46,988 bases of DNA. It comes from Chromera velia. Its lineage: Eukaryota. The notes beneath the pieces were generated by a model. That model was not told the origin of the DNA and made no database searches. It saw only the letters and a list, made by a program, of their open reading frames with translations. The first letter of the stretch is position 1. The number at the start of each line of letters is the position of its first letter. The position numbers were made by a program, and so were the translations under genes. Where the stretch lies: the NCBI GenBank assembly GCA_018398765.1, contig JAHBMJ010000430.1, positions 1-46,988 of the forward strand, in the 5' to 3' direction. This document shows, one piece after another, positions 25,443-37,742 of the stretch.

Positions 25443-26286
25443 TATAATTGACTCTGCACATATATAACATTTTGTGTTTCATATATGTTAGTTCCTGTAA
25501 GTTCCTGTTACTTCCTGTAAAAGTATGAACATGTATGAACATGATTCTTAAATGAATCTTTGAAATTAGGCACTGTGGTAACTTGAATGCATCTGGATCA
25601 CTGCAACGATAAATAGAGGATTCAAAGTGCCATTGCATATAACATGCGAACTTCCGGAAACGGGAGAACAAAGATCAAAAACTCTGCTGCACCAAAATCA
25701 AATAAAACAGGAAACGAAGCCGATTCAAAGCGCTTCGCTCGTTCACGCGTTTTTGCATCGATGACGGCCTCGGTGTGAGGCTCTTTGTCTTTTCATCGGT
25801 GCAGTTCACAAAAGCGGGTATGAGCACAGGATGACCTCTTTTGCTTGCCACCATTGACGAGCTATAGTTGACTGCTGCTCTTTGTGCTCAATGTTATGCA
25901 AAGGATAAATTTCAATCCAAGTTCGGGTCAAGCACTTCAGGCGTACGCTTTCGCCTCTTCGCGCTCTCTCTTCACTCTTTCGCTTGTTTCCGGGCGTGCT
26001 TGTGGATCGATGGATTCAGTGGCCAAATGCATCTTTGAAGCGGAAATCGACAGGCAAATTGATTGTCATCCAACCCTCCCACTGCATATGCGGGTCTCTC
26101 AAATCCCGAATTACAGTTCAGTCTCTTTTCTAAAAGTCCTTCCGGGTGCTTTTTTTATTTTTCCTCCCACCAAATGGACATTTTTACATTTTTTTCCCGG
26201 GTATGACTATGCGATGATCACAGCTGTTGTTTCGTTGTTCGCGAAAATTGAAATTCTACTCCACCCCTCTTTCCCTCATGTTCGAT

Positions 26287-27860
26287 CTACTGCCCCCCCT
26301 CTCCCGTGATCGACCCCAGGCTGTTCGGTACTGTTCCTCTCGGCGTGGCGTCGCCCTTCGACATGGGACCCTCTGCGCCCGCTCCCCCCCAGCCCACTCC
26401 ACTGCCCGAGTCCCTGACCAACCCGGCATGAGAGGGGAGACTCAGGTTCCCATCCGAGGCGTTCCGGATGAAGGAGACGGGTGGAGCGCCCCCGGGTGCC
26501 TCATCTCTCCCCTGCTGCTGCTGGTGCAGTTGTTGAGACTTCTGTTGCTGCATATCGATCAACATCCTGCACAAACAGGCATGTACAAAAGGTGTGCGCT
26601 GAATGAGACCATGCAAATAGACAGAAATGCAAAAAGACAAGACTTTCGATCGACCGAATCAAGTGCTCCAACGAGTGCGACGAATCGCTCAAGGAAAGAG
26701 AAGCCGAGTAACAAGACGCATAGATGAATGAGCATACAGAAAGGCAAAAAGAGAGATGTACCGAGACCTTTCTTTCATTTTCGGTTGCCTGGAAGAGTTA
26801 GTTACTCTTCTGCGCACGACGCTCAATGACCCCCAAGTGCAACTGAAAAAACAACTCTCAGAAGAAATGGATTTTTTGCTGTGCGAGACGTTGACTTCAA
26901 CCAGCTGTGAGGTCTTCCATCCCAGACTGACCTCAGTACTTTCATGCAGGTGTAGAATGTGTTTCTGTGTCTCCCGTTCTCGAATAGAAGGTGAAGCCTG
27001 GCCGGAGACCCCCCCTCTCGGAGGCCGTCGTCGAAGCACATCACGCAGCATCTGCATGTGCATACAGAGACATTCTCCACGGTAAGTGTATAAAAATGAA
27101 ACGCTGACGATCCCTGCCGATGGTACTGGTTACTCCACCTTTTCTTCTCTAAAAACACCCGGATCCAGATACATCCGAAGCATTGCGGGTGGGCTCTGTC
27201 GAAAAGCGCCAAGGAGCCGGGAGGGGAAGAATGAAGAGATCGAGACTGCAAAACGGAGACGGAGGACCCTGACCGACCGAGAGAGCGTGTCTGTGTCTCT
27301 GATGGTCTGAGGAAGTTCAGACACCATCGAGATCATTTCGGGTTTCGGCTTCCTTAGCTCGGTCAGCTGCATGCCGACAGACACAGGGGGCCACAAGACA
27401 AAGAACAATGAGAAAGGGAGAGAAGAACGTAAGATGTTGACAGAATAGCCGTGGATTAAACACTGAAGGCACGAGCTGCTTGATTATGGCAGAGAAGGGA
27501 TAGCCCAGACGGCTTTAGTGTTTCCTCCAGGGATTAGGATTTTAGTCAGACTGTCCCTCTCTTCGATTAGTCGAGCACAGGCCCCTTCCCTTCCGTAGAG
27601 CTGATCGATGTCACTCACTCACTCACTCACTCACTCGCTCACTCACTCACTTACTCACTCACTCACCCACCCACCCACTCACCCACCCACCCACTCACTC
27701 ACTCACTCACTCACTCACTGACTCAGTCACTCACCCACCCACTCATCCACTCACTCACTCACTCACCCACTCACTCAGTGACTCACTGACTGACTCTTGC
27801 CAAGAAGAATTCCGTCGGTTCTCTTCGGGCAGCTTCTCCTGAGAGGCTCAGATTGCACAG

Positions 27861-27929
<69 letters not shown>

Positions 27930-29736
27930 CAGAGAAAGAAAGAAAGAAAGAGGTTTCTGATTCAACTTTTTGGGGCACATTGAATGAGAGAATCGAACCC
28001 CAAAGTGCATGAATAGGTGGATTCACACGGAAGCGAAACGACCCCACACAGAAATGTCCACATCAGACTACGCACACAAACACAAACCTGACAACTTAAT
28101 TATTGCCTTGCCGCATGTTCTGATCACATTTCCCATCGGTACCAACTCAATCAGCTACTCCCTCGTCAACTTACTCACCCACCCATCCGTCCGCTTGTTC
28201 ACTTACTCACTTTCAGTTGTCCCTCCATCGAGAAAGTTCCGGGGCGGATCTCGCCGTCTTCACTCACGAACGTCACGCTCAACCCCTCTTGAACAGCCTG
28301 CACAAAGAGGCAGGCCCATGCAAACGCACAGCGTGCGTGCAGGTGGGGTTCCAGACATGCACATGGTAGCTGACACCTTCCTACATCAGAAGTCTTCTAT
28401 GCCCCCAAACGAGTTGACACAGGGAGAAAACACAACAGCCAATGTGCCAAGGGAACAGAATAGTAAAAGCCAGTAAAGTCTATGATATTTAGCAAGAGAT
28501 CAAAGCACAAACACACGGGCATTCACTGACCCTCGAAAACTTCCGCACGAGTTGCTGCAACTTTTGCTTCTCGTCCGCCTGTGAAAATCAAAAACAGTAG
28601 GAGGAATAAAATCAGCCCATCGGGACTCGGCAGACGACTCTTGACACACAATACAGAGAAACAAGAAAACAGCACCGACAGACGCGGACAAGACAGTGCA
28701 TCGCAGCTTGCAAATTGCCTGCATCTGCTCATTGCGAGAATTCATGATGAAGGGTGACTGTGGTGAAAGGAAAAGAGAACACTTGGTTGACGGAACGAGG
28801 GGTCGGAAGAGAGAGAGTGAAGATTGAATGGGATAATACAAGCAAAGACTTTAACGTAGACCCGTACAGAAACACAAAAAGAAGGGGGCGACTGTTCCTT
28901 CGGTATTCCTTTTGAGCCGACTGACTCTGCGCCGAGCCTCGCTGTTGGCATCCTGTGGAAACTCCCCTGCCCCGTTCCCGACCCCCTCATTCCCTGACCC
29001 CCTTGTCGCGTCTTCTGCAGAAAGAGGAGGAAGCAACAGGGTGCATCAATCACGATGCATGTGGTGGAGCCACCGGTGTGAACAAAATCTCTATTCTGCC
29101 CTTCACACGTGCTTTGCTGAGGGATGTACGAAAAGTTAGGTCTTGAAAAGTGCTTCTATGTTTCAAAGAGGGTGTTCTGCTTCGCGAAGTGAAATACTCA
29201 AGTGCCCGACGAGAAGTCTTCGACCAAGAAGAGGAGGGAAACTCGGTCACGCCCTGTCACTCATGGTGTCTTTGACAGGCATCGAACTCTGCCTACATAT
29301 GCTCTTCTCAGTCACTCTAAGAAGGCTCTAGTCGGATCGCTGGCCCACATGTGCATACGCATGCATGCTTTTTCGGCGAGACAGGCTTTGTGATTGACTC
29401 ACTCTCGGGAGATAGGTAACTGCGTGCATTTGAGGTACCCTTCTTCTTCTGGGAATCAGAAGATGATCGCACAATCTTTCTCCCAAAGCGATGGACTCAG
29501 GCACCAACCGGATAACTGATTGACTGACTGTCTGGGGAAAGTGTGTCTTGGCTCTGCACAGATGAGAGGAGATTCTGCATTGCTTCCTTGTCGACCTGTG
29601 GACGCTTGCGAGCGGTCACCTGCACGAATTCGTTGTTTTTGTCTGCCGATGAAGTGCGACAGCACGAGCTGCACTGCCACCAACTGCTACCGCTGCCAGT
29701 CCCTGGAGGTTTGCCCTGTTGCAACTCGGACGTCAT
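26287..29736 (-). CDS. ISP (IMC sub-compartment protein)-like PH-fold protein with an N-terminal Cys cluster, 8 exons, ~328 aa
   Basis: Exons 29736-29529, 29014-28926, 28578-28531, 28297-28211, 27860-27795, 27366-27278, 27051-26932 and 26566-26287 are all phase-consistent. The N-terminus contains WWQCSSCC. The core EKQKLQQLVRKFSRAVQEGLSVTFVSEDG...RCCVMCF...LHLLFENGRHRNTFYTCMKVLR resembles the ISP-family PH-like domain. Confidence 0.7.
27611..27794. repeat. (ACTC)n/(ACCC)n intronic microsatellite
   Basis: A long tetranucleotide array starts at the donor of ISP-like intron 5 and reads (GTGA)n on the sense strand. Confidence 0.9.
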
Positions 29737-29939
29737 GCCGTGGTGCTCTCCTGCTGCTTTTGCAAGCTCACGAGTCCTGCTCTTGCTGTGCAAACAACAA
29801 CCGCGGGCTCGTCGGAAAGAATGCGCATCTGGGTCTGCCAATGAGGTTACAGTGTAAAGATGTGCTTCAGTGAATGACATCGTCGAATCCATCGCATTGC
29901 ATGAATTGGTTAAATTTGGTTTGCATGTTCGACTGAATT

Positions 29940-30470
29940 CACGCATGCATGCATGATCATCGCGAAGAGAATTAATTAATGCAAAAAGATCCGATACAGC
30001 CATGCAGCGCGATTTAAAAAAAAAATCTAAACCATATACAGAGGCCGCGTATGCCGGCCTGCATATAGAATGCATGTGACCCATGTCGCCTCGGGGGGCA
30101 GCTCAGCTCTGCTGAGATCAGCCGAGAGGCCCTGAGATCGCACGCACTCGCATAACGCATTTTTTCATCCGAGTTCCAAAATGTGCCCCTCAAGCAACTC
30201 GCACGGAGCCGCGATCGCACATGCCTTATAATTACTTTGCGCATGCGTGCCCCTCAAGTAACTCGCACGGAGTTGCACATGCACGACGCGCGCGCGGTCC
30301 CGAAAAGCATACTTCGCTGCCGTGGCCCCCGCCCCATGGCAGCACACAACTTAGACATGCCCAAGCCCCCGATGGTGTACATCAATTAGCGGACCCCTAA
30401 ATAGCCCCCCGAGGCACTCACCCAACTGGTTGGGTGTATCCCGTATGCATGCAACATGCAAGCAACGCAT
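29940..30470. promoter_or_regulatory. Putative bidirectional promoter between the ISP-like and TM-LRR genes
   Basis: The region contains several (T)GCATGC(A) sites, GC patches and a direct repeat GTGCCCCTCAAGYAACTCGCACGGAG at 30183 and 30247. Confidence 0.4.
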
Positions 30471-31012
30471 GACAATTAACTCATTGCAATTAAGGGAGGA
30501 CCCGGAGGAGTGAAAGACCATTGCATAACGCGATCCCGAAGAGACCAAAAGAATTCTATATCCCGAGAAGACTGAAGAATGAATCGCTTGATCGGTTCGT
30601 AATATATTAATATACACACGAGTGCACGGCTCGACCAACCAAACAACAGTTGAGGCAACAGCAGCAAAGTAAAAGGCTCCACGTTGCGAGAATTGATCGA
30701 ACCCCCGCCGTCCTCTTCGTCCTTCAGTTGACAGAGTCGGGCTTTTTCTTCCTTCTGCTCGCAGGCAAAGTGAGCGAGAGAAATCAAGGGACAGCTGCCG
30801 GATCAGGAATCTCCTTGCGGACAAGGGTACGCCTCCCCCCTCTTCCCTCTCCACTTGACTTCTCATGCGAAGGGTAAGCCCCCCTCCCTCTCTCCCCCTC
30901 TCTCCCTCTCCATTTGAATTCTCATGCCCTTTCCCACTTACGCAGTCTAAGTCCCCCTCAATCTCCTCAGCGAAAAAAAAAAAAACATGTCTGAAACGCA
31001 CATGGCAGTAAA

Positions 31013-31044
<32 letters not shown>

Positions 31045-31215
31045 CTGCGTGGAGTCTTCAGTCTTTGCATCTGTGCACTTGTGTGTGACTGACCCGCCCC
31101 TGCAGGCCCTGCATGAAACAACCAGCCTGGCACCGACCGACCCGCGACCGACCAGGGCCCATCAAACATCAAGACAAAAAAAGCGTGGACCGACACAAGC
31201 AGGAAGGAAGGAAGC

Positions 31216-33923
31216 ATGGAGCGCCAATACATCGGCCCACCCGTCAGAGAAACACTCGAACCTGAAGCACTTCCACCCCCCCCAACCCAGCAGCACCCGA
31301 AGCACAGCGAGGAAGAAAGGGATGAAAAGATAATGTCAGGTTCGTGGAACCTGACAGCCTTTCTCCACCGTTTCGGGTGGCACCTGATCTTCCACTTCGC
31401 CGACGTCTTCACGGACTCAGTGCAGTATGCAGCCCTCGCTGAAGACGAGGCGCAGAGGGAAATCGCAGAGACAGAGGTGACCCTCTTGGGGGGACAGATG
31501 ACAGTCCTTCGTCTGTCCCTGATCGCCCTTCTGATCAATCTTGTATCGTCTCTGTGCGCACTCGTTCTCGACATCTCTGTGCACAGGCAGATGCTCGAGA
31601 TCGATAGAACGGTCTTGCGAAAGGACCCTCAGCACGGAATACAGACAGCGAGAGTTGTCCAGAGTTCAAGTTTTCTCCGTCTCCCCCTCATCCTTTTGGA
31701 GGACCTGCCCTCCCTTGCCGTCTCCTTCTTCATCCTCTCCCTCCAGCAGAAGGNNNNNNNNNNNNNNNNNNNNNNNNGGGGGGGGGGGGAACTCCAACAT
31801 CTTCCTCTATAACTTTGTGGTCACCTCCCTCACCCTCTCGTCAGAAGTCCTCGCCAGCATCGTCAGCGCTGCAAAGGCGCACAGAGAACTGACCAACGGC
31901 CCTTGCTCTTCCGTCGGGGTGACAGAGGAAGAGGCATCGCATCTCCTCGAGACAGGAGGAGGAGAGGAAGAAGGGAGGGGATTCAAAAGAGACAGCAAGG
32001 GGATGGGGGTGGCAGTGCTCTGGCTGCTGCAGTGGTTGATTCTATTCAAGGTCGAGCTCCTCGACTTTTGCCAGGACGCTCTGTCCTCCCAGAGCGTCAG
32101 CGCTAACAGGGGCCTGGCAGAGACGCCTCTCCTGTTCTCCCTCACCGCCGGGTTTCTCGGCAGGGTGGTGCTAGGGTTCGCTGCCTACAGCTTCCTAGGG
32201 GTCATAGTCCTCCGAGCTCAGGTAGACTGCCCCTGCCTGATTGGGGAGGGTCACCCTTTGAACCCTTTCGCCCCCGGAGGGCGGGGGCTCCCGGGGGGAT
32301 TCTTCGGATGGATTCTGTTCGGTGTTGAGCTAGTGGTCGGTCTGGCCTACCTTCCCGTGATCCTGGTAGGGTCATGGGTTGCCGGAATCGATTGGTTTCC
32401 TTTGGCCAGGGAGGAGAGACAGGACTCCGATGTCGAGCGTCAGGCGCGTTTGGAGGGTTGTCTGGAGGTGCTCTTCTTCATAGAAGATGTGCCCTCCCTC
32501 CTGTTCAACCTGTCGGTGGTGTCACTCGAGATCGCATCAGTAGCTGCCTCCTCTGGTTCAGTATGGGGGGTGGTGTTTAGTGTGCAGACCGCCAACGCAG
32601 TCTCAACGCTCGTCTCCTTCGTACTGCGGGTTGCTGAGCAGGTGAGAATACTTTGAGTCTTTTGAATTTCTCTGTGCGGTTTTTTGAGTTCTTTGAATTC
32701 ATTTTGAGTTTTTTGAAACTGTCAACGCTCGTCTCATTCCTGCTGCGGGGTGCTGAGCAGGTGAGAACACTTTGAGTCTTTTGAATTTCTCTGTGCAGGT
32801 TTTTGAGTTCTTTGAATTCATTTTGAGTTTTTTGAAATTGTCGACGCTCGTCTCCTTCCTGCTGCGGGTTGATGAGCAGGAGGCCGGGCGGAAGAAGAAC
32901 GAACAGGAGGTGTCACTCGAGGCTTTGGTGCTTGAGGAGGACAGCGTCTCCGAGAAGCTTGCCCTCGTCAGGGGGGGGGAGCTGCGGCAGGTGGAGAAGG
33001 TGAAAGTGGAAGGTATGTCGGTCCACAAGTGGACGGAGTTCTGCAACACCCTCGAATTGATGCAGTGCCTCGTGAGCATCGACGTGAGTTATGCTACTCG
33101 GCATTCGGAGGACATTCAGGAGGTCAGCGGATGCATATATATATATATATATATGCACTGCTTTTTTGTCGACTGGCTTTGATTGTTCTTTCAAAATTTG
33201 AAGAAATGATGAATCGAAAGTTGAATACTTTCTAATTGATACACTCCTATCGAGTGGCTTTGATTGTTATGTCTCGTGTAGACAAATAAAGTAAATCTGT
33301 AGACGAAAGAGGAAGAAAATGCCCGGGAGGGAGGATGAACATATGCGCGTTCATGGACGATTGAGCATGAGTCGGAGCAGGGTGTAAATAGAGAAACAAT
33401 TTTTATGCCAAGAAAACGAAGCATCAGTAGGAGACGGCAGCAGAGATGCCTACCGTGTCAGGGTTATTCCATTTGCTTCTCACCAATATGATCTTGGGTA
33501 TGAGCGATGCTTCAGTCTGCTTACCGTCCTTGACTGTTTTCCATCGAAGCGCTTCAATCGAATGAATCTCTGTTGTTTTCCATCGAATCTCTGTTCGATC
33601 TCTTGCGTGCGCAGCTCAGCTCGGCCCTCCAGAAGGGCCAGAATTCCGCACTCAAGGAACTCACAATGTATCGCAACGAACATATCGGAGACGGGGGGGC
33701 GACGGCCGTTGCATCTCTCCTCGCGAGTGGCGCGGTGAGGAATCTGGAGAAATTGGACCTTAACTTTTGCGGAATTTCGGGGGTCGGTGCAGAGAAGGTG
33801 AGTTTTTGAGTCGGTAAGTGAGTGATTGAGTGAGTGAGTGGGTAAGAGAGTGGATGAGTGAGTGAGTGAGTAAGAGAGTGGATGAGTGAGTGAGTGAGTG
33901 AGTGAGTGAGTGAGTGGGTGAGT

Positions 33924-33979
<56 letters not shown>

Positions 33980-35406
33980 GCAACAAAGAGAGGGGTGCAA
34001 TTCTCTGCGCATGCATGCGGGGTCAGGGCTCAGGGTCAGTGAGGGATCTCGACGGTCCCTCTAGTCTGTGATTGATGAGTACGCAGAAAGAACAACGACA
34101 AAGAGAAATTTCTCAATTCATAATGTTGGAGCCATCCATGCATGAAAAGGACACGGATGATAAAACCAATAGGCAAGAACAGGATGAGTGAGTTGATTCC
34201 CAACATGAAACCAAAACTAATGTAGATGGAAGAAAAATAACGATGGGGTGGGTGTCAGAGGGAGGCTTTCATCAGGGAGAGAGGGAGGGAGGGATTGCAC
34301 CATAGAAATGACAGACGAGAATGACAGCCATATACGCATGAGCAGGGTGAATGGGTCTGTAGCATCAAAGTTACTGCATGCAGTGATGAGTGAAGGGGAA
34401 CTCTCATCCACAAACGCACAGTCACGCCTGGTGCAAGTCCATGCAGGGGTTTATTTTCTGTTTGAACAGACTAGCTCTCCCTTCGATCGTGTGAGCGCAT
34501 GATTGCAGCTCTGCTTGGCCCTCCAGAGGGGACAGACCCCCGCACTCAAGGAGCTCGACCTAGGATATAACGAAAAGATCGGAGACAGGGGCGCAAGGGT
34601 TCTTGTGGGTCTTCTTGAGAGTGGGGCGGTGAGGGGCCTGGAAGAACTGTATGTTAAAAGCTGCGGAATTTCGGTGGAAGCCGCAGAGAGGGTGAGTGAG
34701 TAAATCATTGATTGTGAGTTTTTTTTAATTCTTTGAATTGATTTCGAGGTTTTTGAAATTGTTGGGCCTGGAAGAGGTGGATGTTACAGAGTGCGGGATT
34801 TCGGGGGAAGCCGCAGAGAGGGTGAGTGAGTAAATCACTATTCCTAGTAGTGATGATGATATTGTAAGAGTGCGAATAGCAGTAGTCAGAGGGGCCTCCG
34901 CAATAAGCAAAGAACTGCTGAGCGGCGTCCCCTGACAAAGTGCGAAGGCGTCCCGCCGCCGCTATTCGTCTCCAGTCGTTGTTCGTCTCACCTTCTGGCA
35001 CGGCGCCGTTGGTCGTCGTCCCAGTGCACATATGAACTTGAAAGAACTGCATGCTGAGCGGAGGAAGAACAATGATCAGAATGATAGCAATGAGAATTAT
35101 CGAAGCAAGCTGGTCCCTTGACTGCCCCTAGAAAGGAGCTAGGCGAGTGAGTGGGCGAAGAGTGTCTATCACCTTCTTTCATGCATTTTCTTTCATTGAC
35201 CGAGAGTGAACACGTATAGTGCGTCCTCACTGAATGCTGCAGCAAAACAGAACCAGGTACGTCGTTTTCGCTCGCTTCCCTGAGCAGTTGGAGAACGCCA
35301 AGTTTGCATTTTTACGTGCATATCCTCGTACCTTCTCCTCGGTCTGCAGCTGAAGGAAGCCACCAGGAAGATGAACCCGAAGACGGAGGTGTTGTGGTCC
35401 AAGTGA
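31216..35406 (+). CDS. Multi-pass membrane protein with C-terminal ribonuclease-inhibitor-type LRRs
   Basis: Exons are 31216-32641 (frame crosses an N gap), 32880 (or 32799)-33122, 33615-33797, 34509-34691 and 35350-35406. The hydrophobic N-half has repeated EDLPSL/EDVPSL. Two paralogous 183-nt LRR exons read LKEL...N..IGD.GA..LE.L...CGIS. Confidence 0.75.
32603..32879 (+). repeat. X-Y-X-Y-X array: 39-bp exon-end duplications around an 80-bp T-rich insert (family 2)
   Basis: X lies at 32603-32641, 32722-32760 and 32841-32879; Y lies at 32642-32721 and 32761-32840; the period is 119. Confidence 0.9.
34634..34837 (+). repeat. 74-bp direct duplication of LRR exon end plus donor around a 56-bp family-2 insert
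   Basis: 34634-34707 and 34764-34837 differ at 9 positions. The insert core TTCTTTGAATTGATTTCGAGGTTTTTGAAATTGT is 31/34 identical to the Y unit at 32761-32840. Confidence 0.85.
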
Positions 35407-35479
35407 TGAAGAGGGAGCTCAGAAGACTCTCTGCCAGGAATTCAGCGCATCCTGCAATAAGTTGCCTCTTTCCTCAATC

Positions 35480-35515
<36 letters not shown>

Positions 35516-36234
35516 TTCGTTCTCCCTTCTTTTGTTCGTTAGTCATAAACTGAATATTCAACGTGCTTCAACGTCCTGGGAAAGGGCGGGAAAGCCAAGC
35601 AAAGAGTATGCTTCCCACAGTGTCTTCTGAAGCAACATTCAGCTCAGTGATACAGACACGAGACGTTTTGTGGGAGTCAATCCGCAATTTCACATATGAA
35701 GTTCTGTCTCTACAACTAGAAAAAAAATAATTGCGCGAAATAAAAAGAACAATAAAAAAACAAAAAAGATTTCTAACTAGATTATACTAGATTTCTAAGA
35801 AACAAAAGAGTGAATTCATAGATCAAATTATTTTAAAAGTCTATAAATAGATTATAGGTGGATTTGATATACATCATAAAGTCAATCATATATTTGTATT
35901 CAGCATGATAGATTCTACATTTGTTGTATTTTAAGAAGAAAACGTTCACGCTTTTTTTTTTTGAATTACATTATTAGAGTTAGGATAAGAATCATAAAAT
36001 TTAATAAGCTAGGCAACAGAAAGTTTAAACAGATCTCTTTAAGCCGTATACATAATCAAATAAAAATAATTGTAAATATATATGAGATATACGTGTGTAA
36101 CTAGGTCTATAACAATTAAAAGCGTTTAGATATGCCTAGAATTGCCTAGAGATACACTAAATACATCATAGTATAATCATACTATGACATGTAACTATGT
36201 TACACATATATGATCATATTAGTATACACGATGA

Positions 36235-36460
36235 GAAATTTCGGGGGCCTGCGGGGGCTTTCGGGGGCTCTTCGCGGGATTTTTTTTTTCGGGGGCTTGC
36301 GGGGGCCGTCGGGGCAAAAAGTGCCGCGAAAATTTTCGCTGAGGGTACCGGGGCCCAGCCGGGGGGCCCAACATTTTTCGGGACATGCCGGAGCATGCAG
36401 CCGCGCGATCGAAGATCGAGCATGCATGCATATATAGCATGCATGCATGCATTTCAATGA
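36235..36460 (+). promoter_or_regulatory. Putative promoter: CGGGGGC repeats followed by a TGCATGCA cluster
   Basis: Repeated CGGGGGC is followed by CATGCATGCA...GCATGCATGCATGCA, ~350 nt upstream of ATG 36811. Confidence 0.45.
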
Positions 36461-36810
36461 CATGCAATTAAGTTGATCGATGCAATTATAACCCCTTGCT
36501 TCGTCCTTGTATATATAGCTCAATATCTCGGTGCGTGTGCAGGTTTTTGAAAGCAAAATGATCTTTTGGTTGTCTACATACTCTGATGTCTTCGTTTTGA
36601 ACGAAAGCAGACCGTCCAACCCTGCAGCTGGACATCTGTGTCAACTGTTGTCGAGAGACTTTTGAGTATACATACAAACAACGCACGCCTGTGGAGTGAC
36701 GGAAGCAGAAAGACCGTCGCAAAAAGGGAGAAAGAACACTCTTCCACTTTTCCGGGACCGCACTGTCCACTCACACAGCGTTGTACAGATAGAAATCGAG
36801 AAGATCCAAC

Positions 36811-37704
36811 ATGAACCATACAGACGATGCGTATAACAAATCCACCGGGAACGGCTTTGGCACCCTGGTGGGTAACTGGATGGAGGAGGAGTGTCTCCGC
36901 ACTGGCACAGGACACGGGCGCACGAAGCTTAACACCCTTGCTCATGAGATCGTCTGTCAGGACAAAGAGTCCCTTTCTGCATCTCAGACTCTGATGCAGA
37001 CGGGTTTCGTCCCTGATGACGACAACCCCCTGAACACAGGCAACAAAACCCGGATTCCCAGTTGCACGATCCTAGACAACACCTTCGACAGGATCCATGG
37101 GGTCCGGAAGACGGGAAAGATGTCGATCGAGTCAAAGGAATACGGGAAGACGTGCTGGGGAGAGAATTTGAAGATGGCAAGAGTGCGCAGTGTGGCAGGG
37201 CCAGGAACTTCTCTCAGGGAGAGTCAGGTCGGTAATTCGACTCAGTGCTGATCTGCATGCACGAGAATTCATGCCAGATACTTATTCTTCAACCCCAAAG
37301 AGCAGTCCAAATAATGATGGGATCTTCTTTAGCTCGATTTGCCACTGTCCTGAAAGAAAAGTGCTCCATCTATCCCTCTGTCGCTTGGGCAATCCCCCTC
37401 GACCCCCCCACACATGTGCATTCTAACAGTTGGTAGGTGGATGAGTGGGTAGGGGGCTAGGGAATGAGGGAAGGTGACAGGGAGGGATGGAATGGAGGAA
37501 GGAAGGAAGCAGACTGAGGAAGGTAGACGAAAAAGGGGCAGATCCGACGCGAAGCAACCGTATCCGAAATTAAAGGCAGGCGCGACATTAATTCTTGACA
37601 AAAAGAGGTGAGATCAAAAGACGTGTGCATTTTTGAATGAGCGCGCGCGCGTGTGTGTGTATGTGTATGTGTGTGTGTATGTATGTGTGTGTATGTGTGT
37701 ATGT

Positions 37705-37742
<38 letters not shown>

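Noticed and set aside
30183..30282. Direct repeat with a short spacer in the promoter region as another long-duplication insertion
   Set aside because: The spacer is unrelated to either insert family, and a simple tandem duplication suffices.
30351..31574. 407-aa minus-strand ORF
   Set aside because: It is antisense to the TM-LRR gene, runs through microsatellite and promoter sequence, and has no protein-like motifs.
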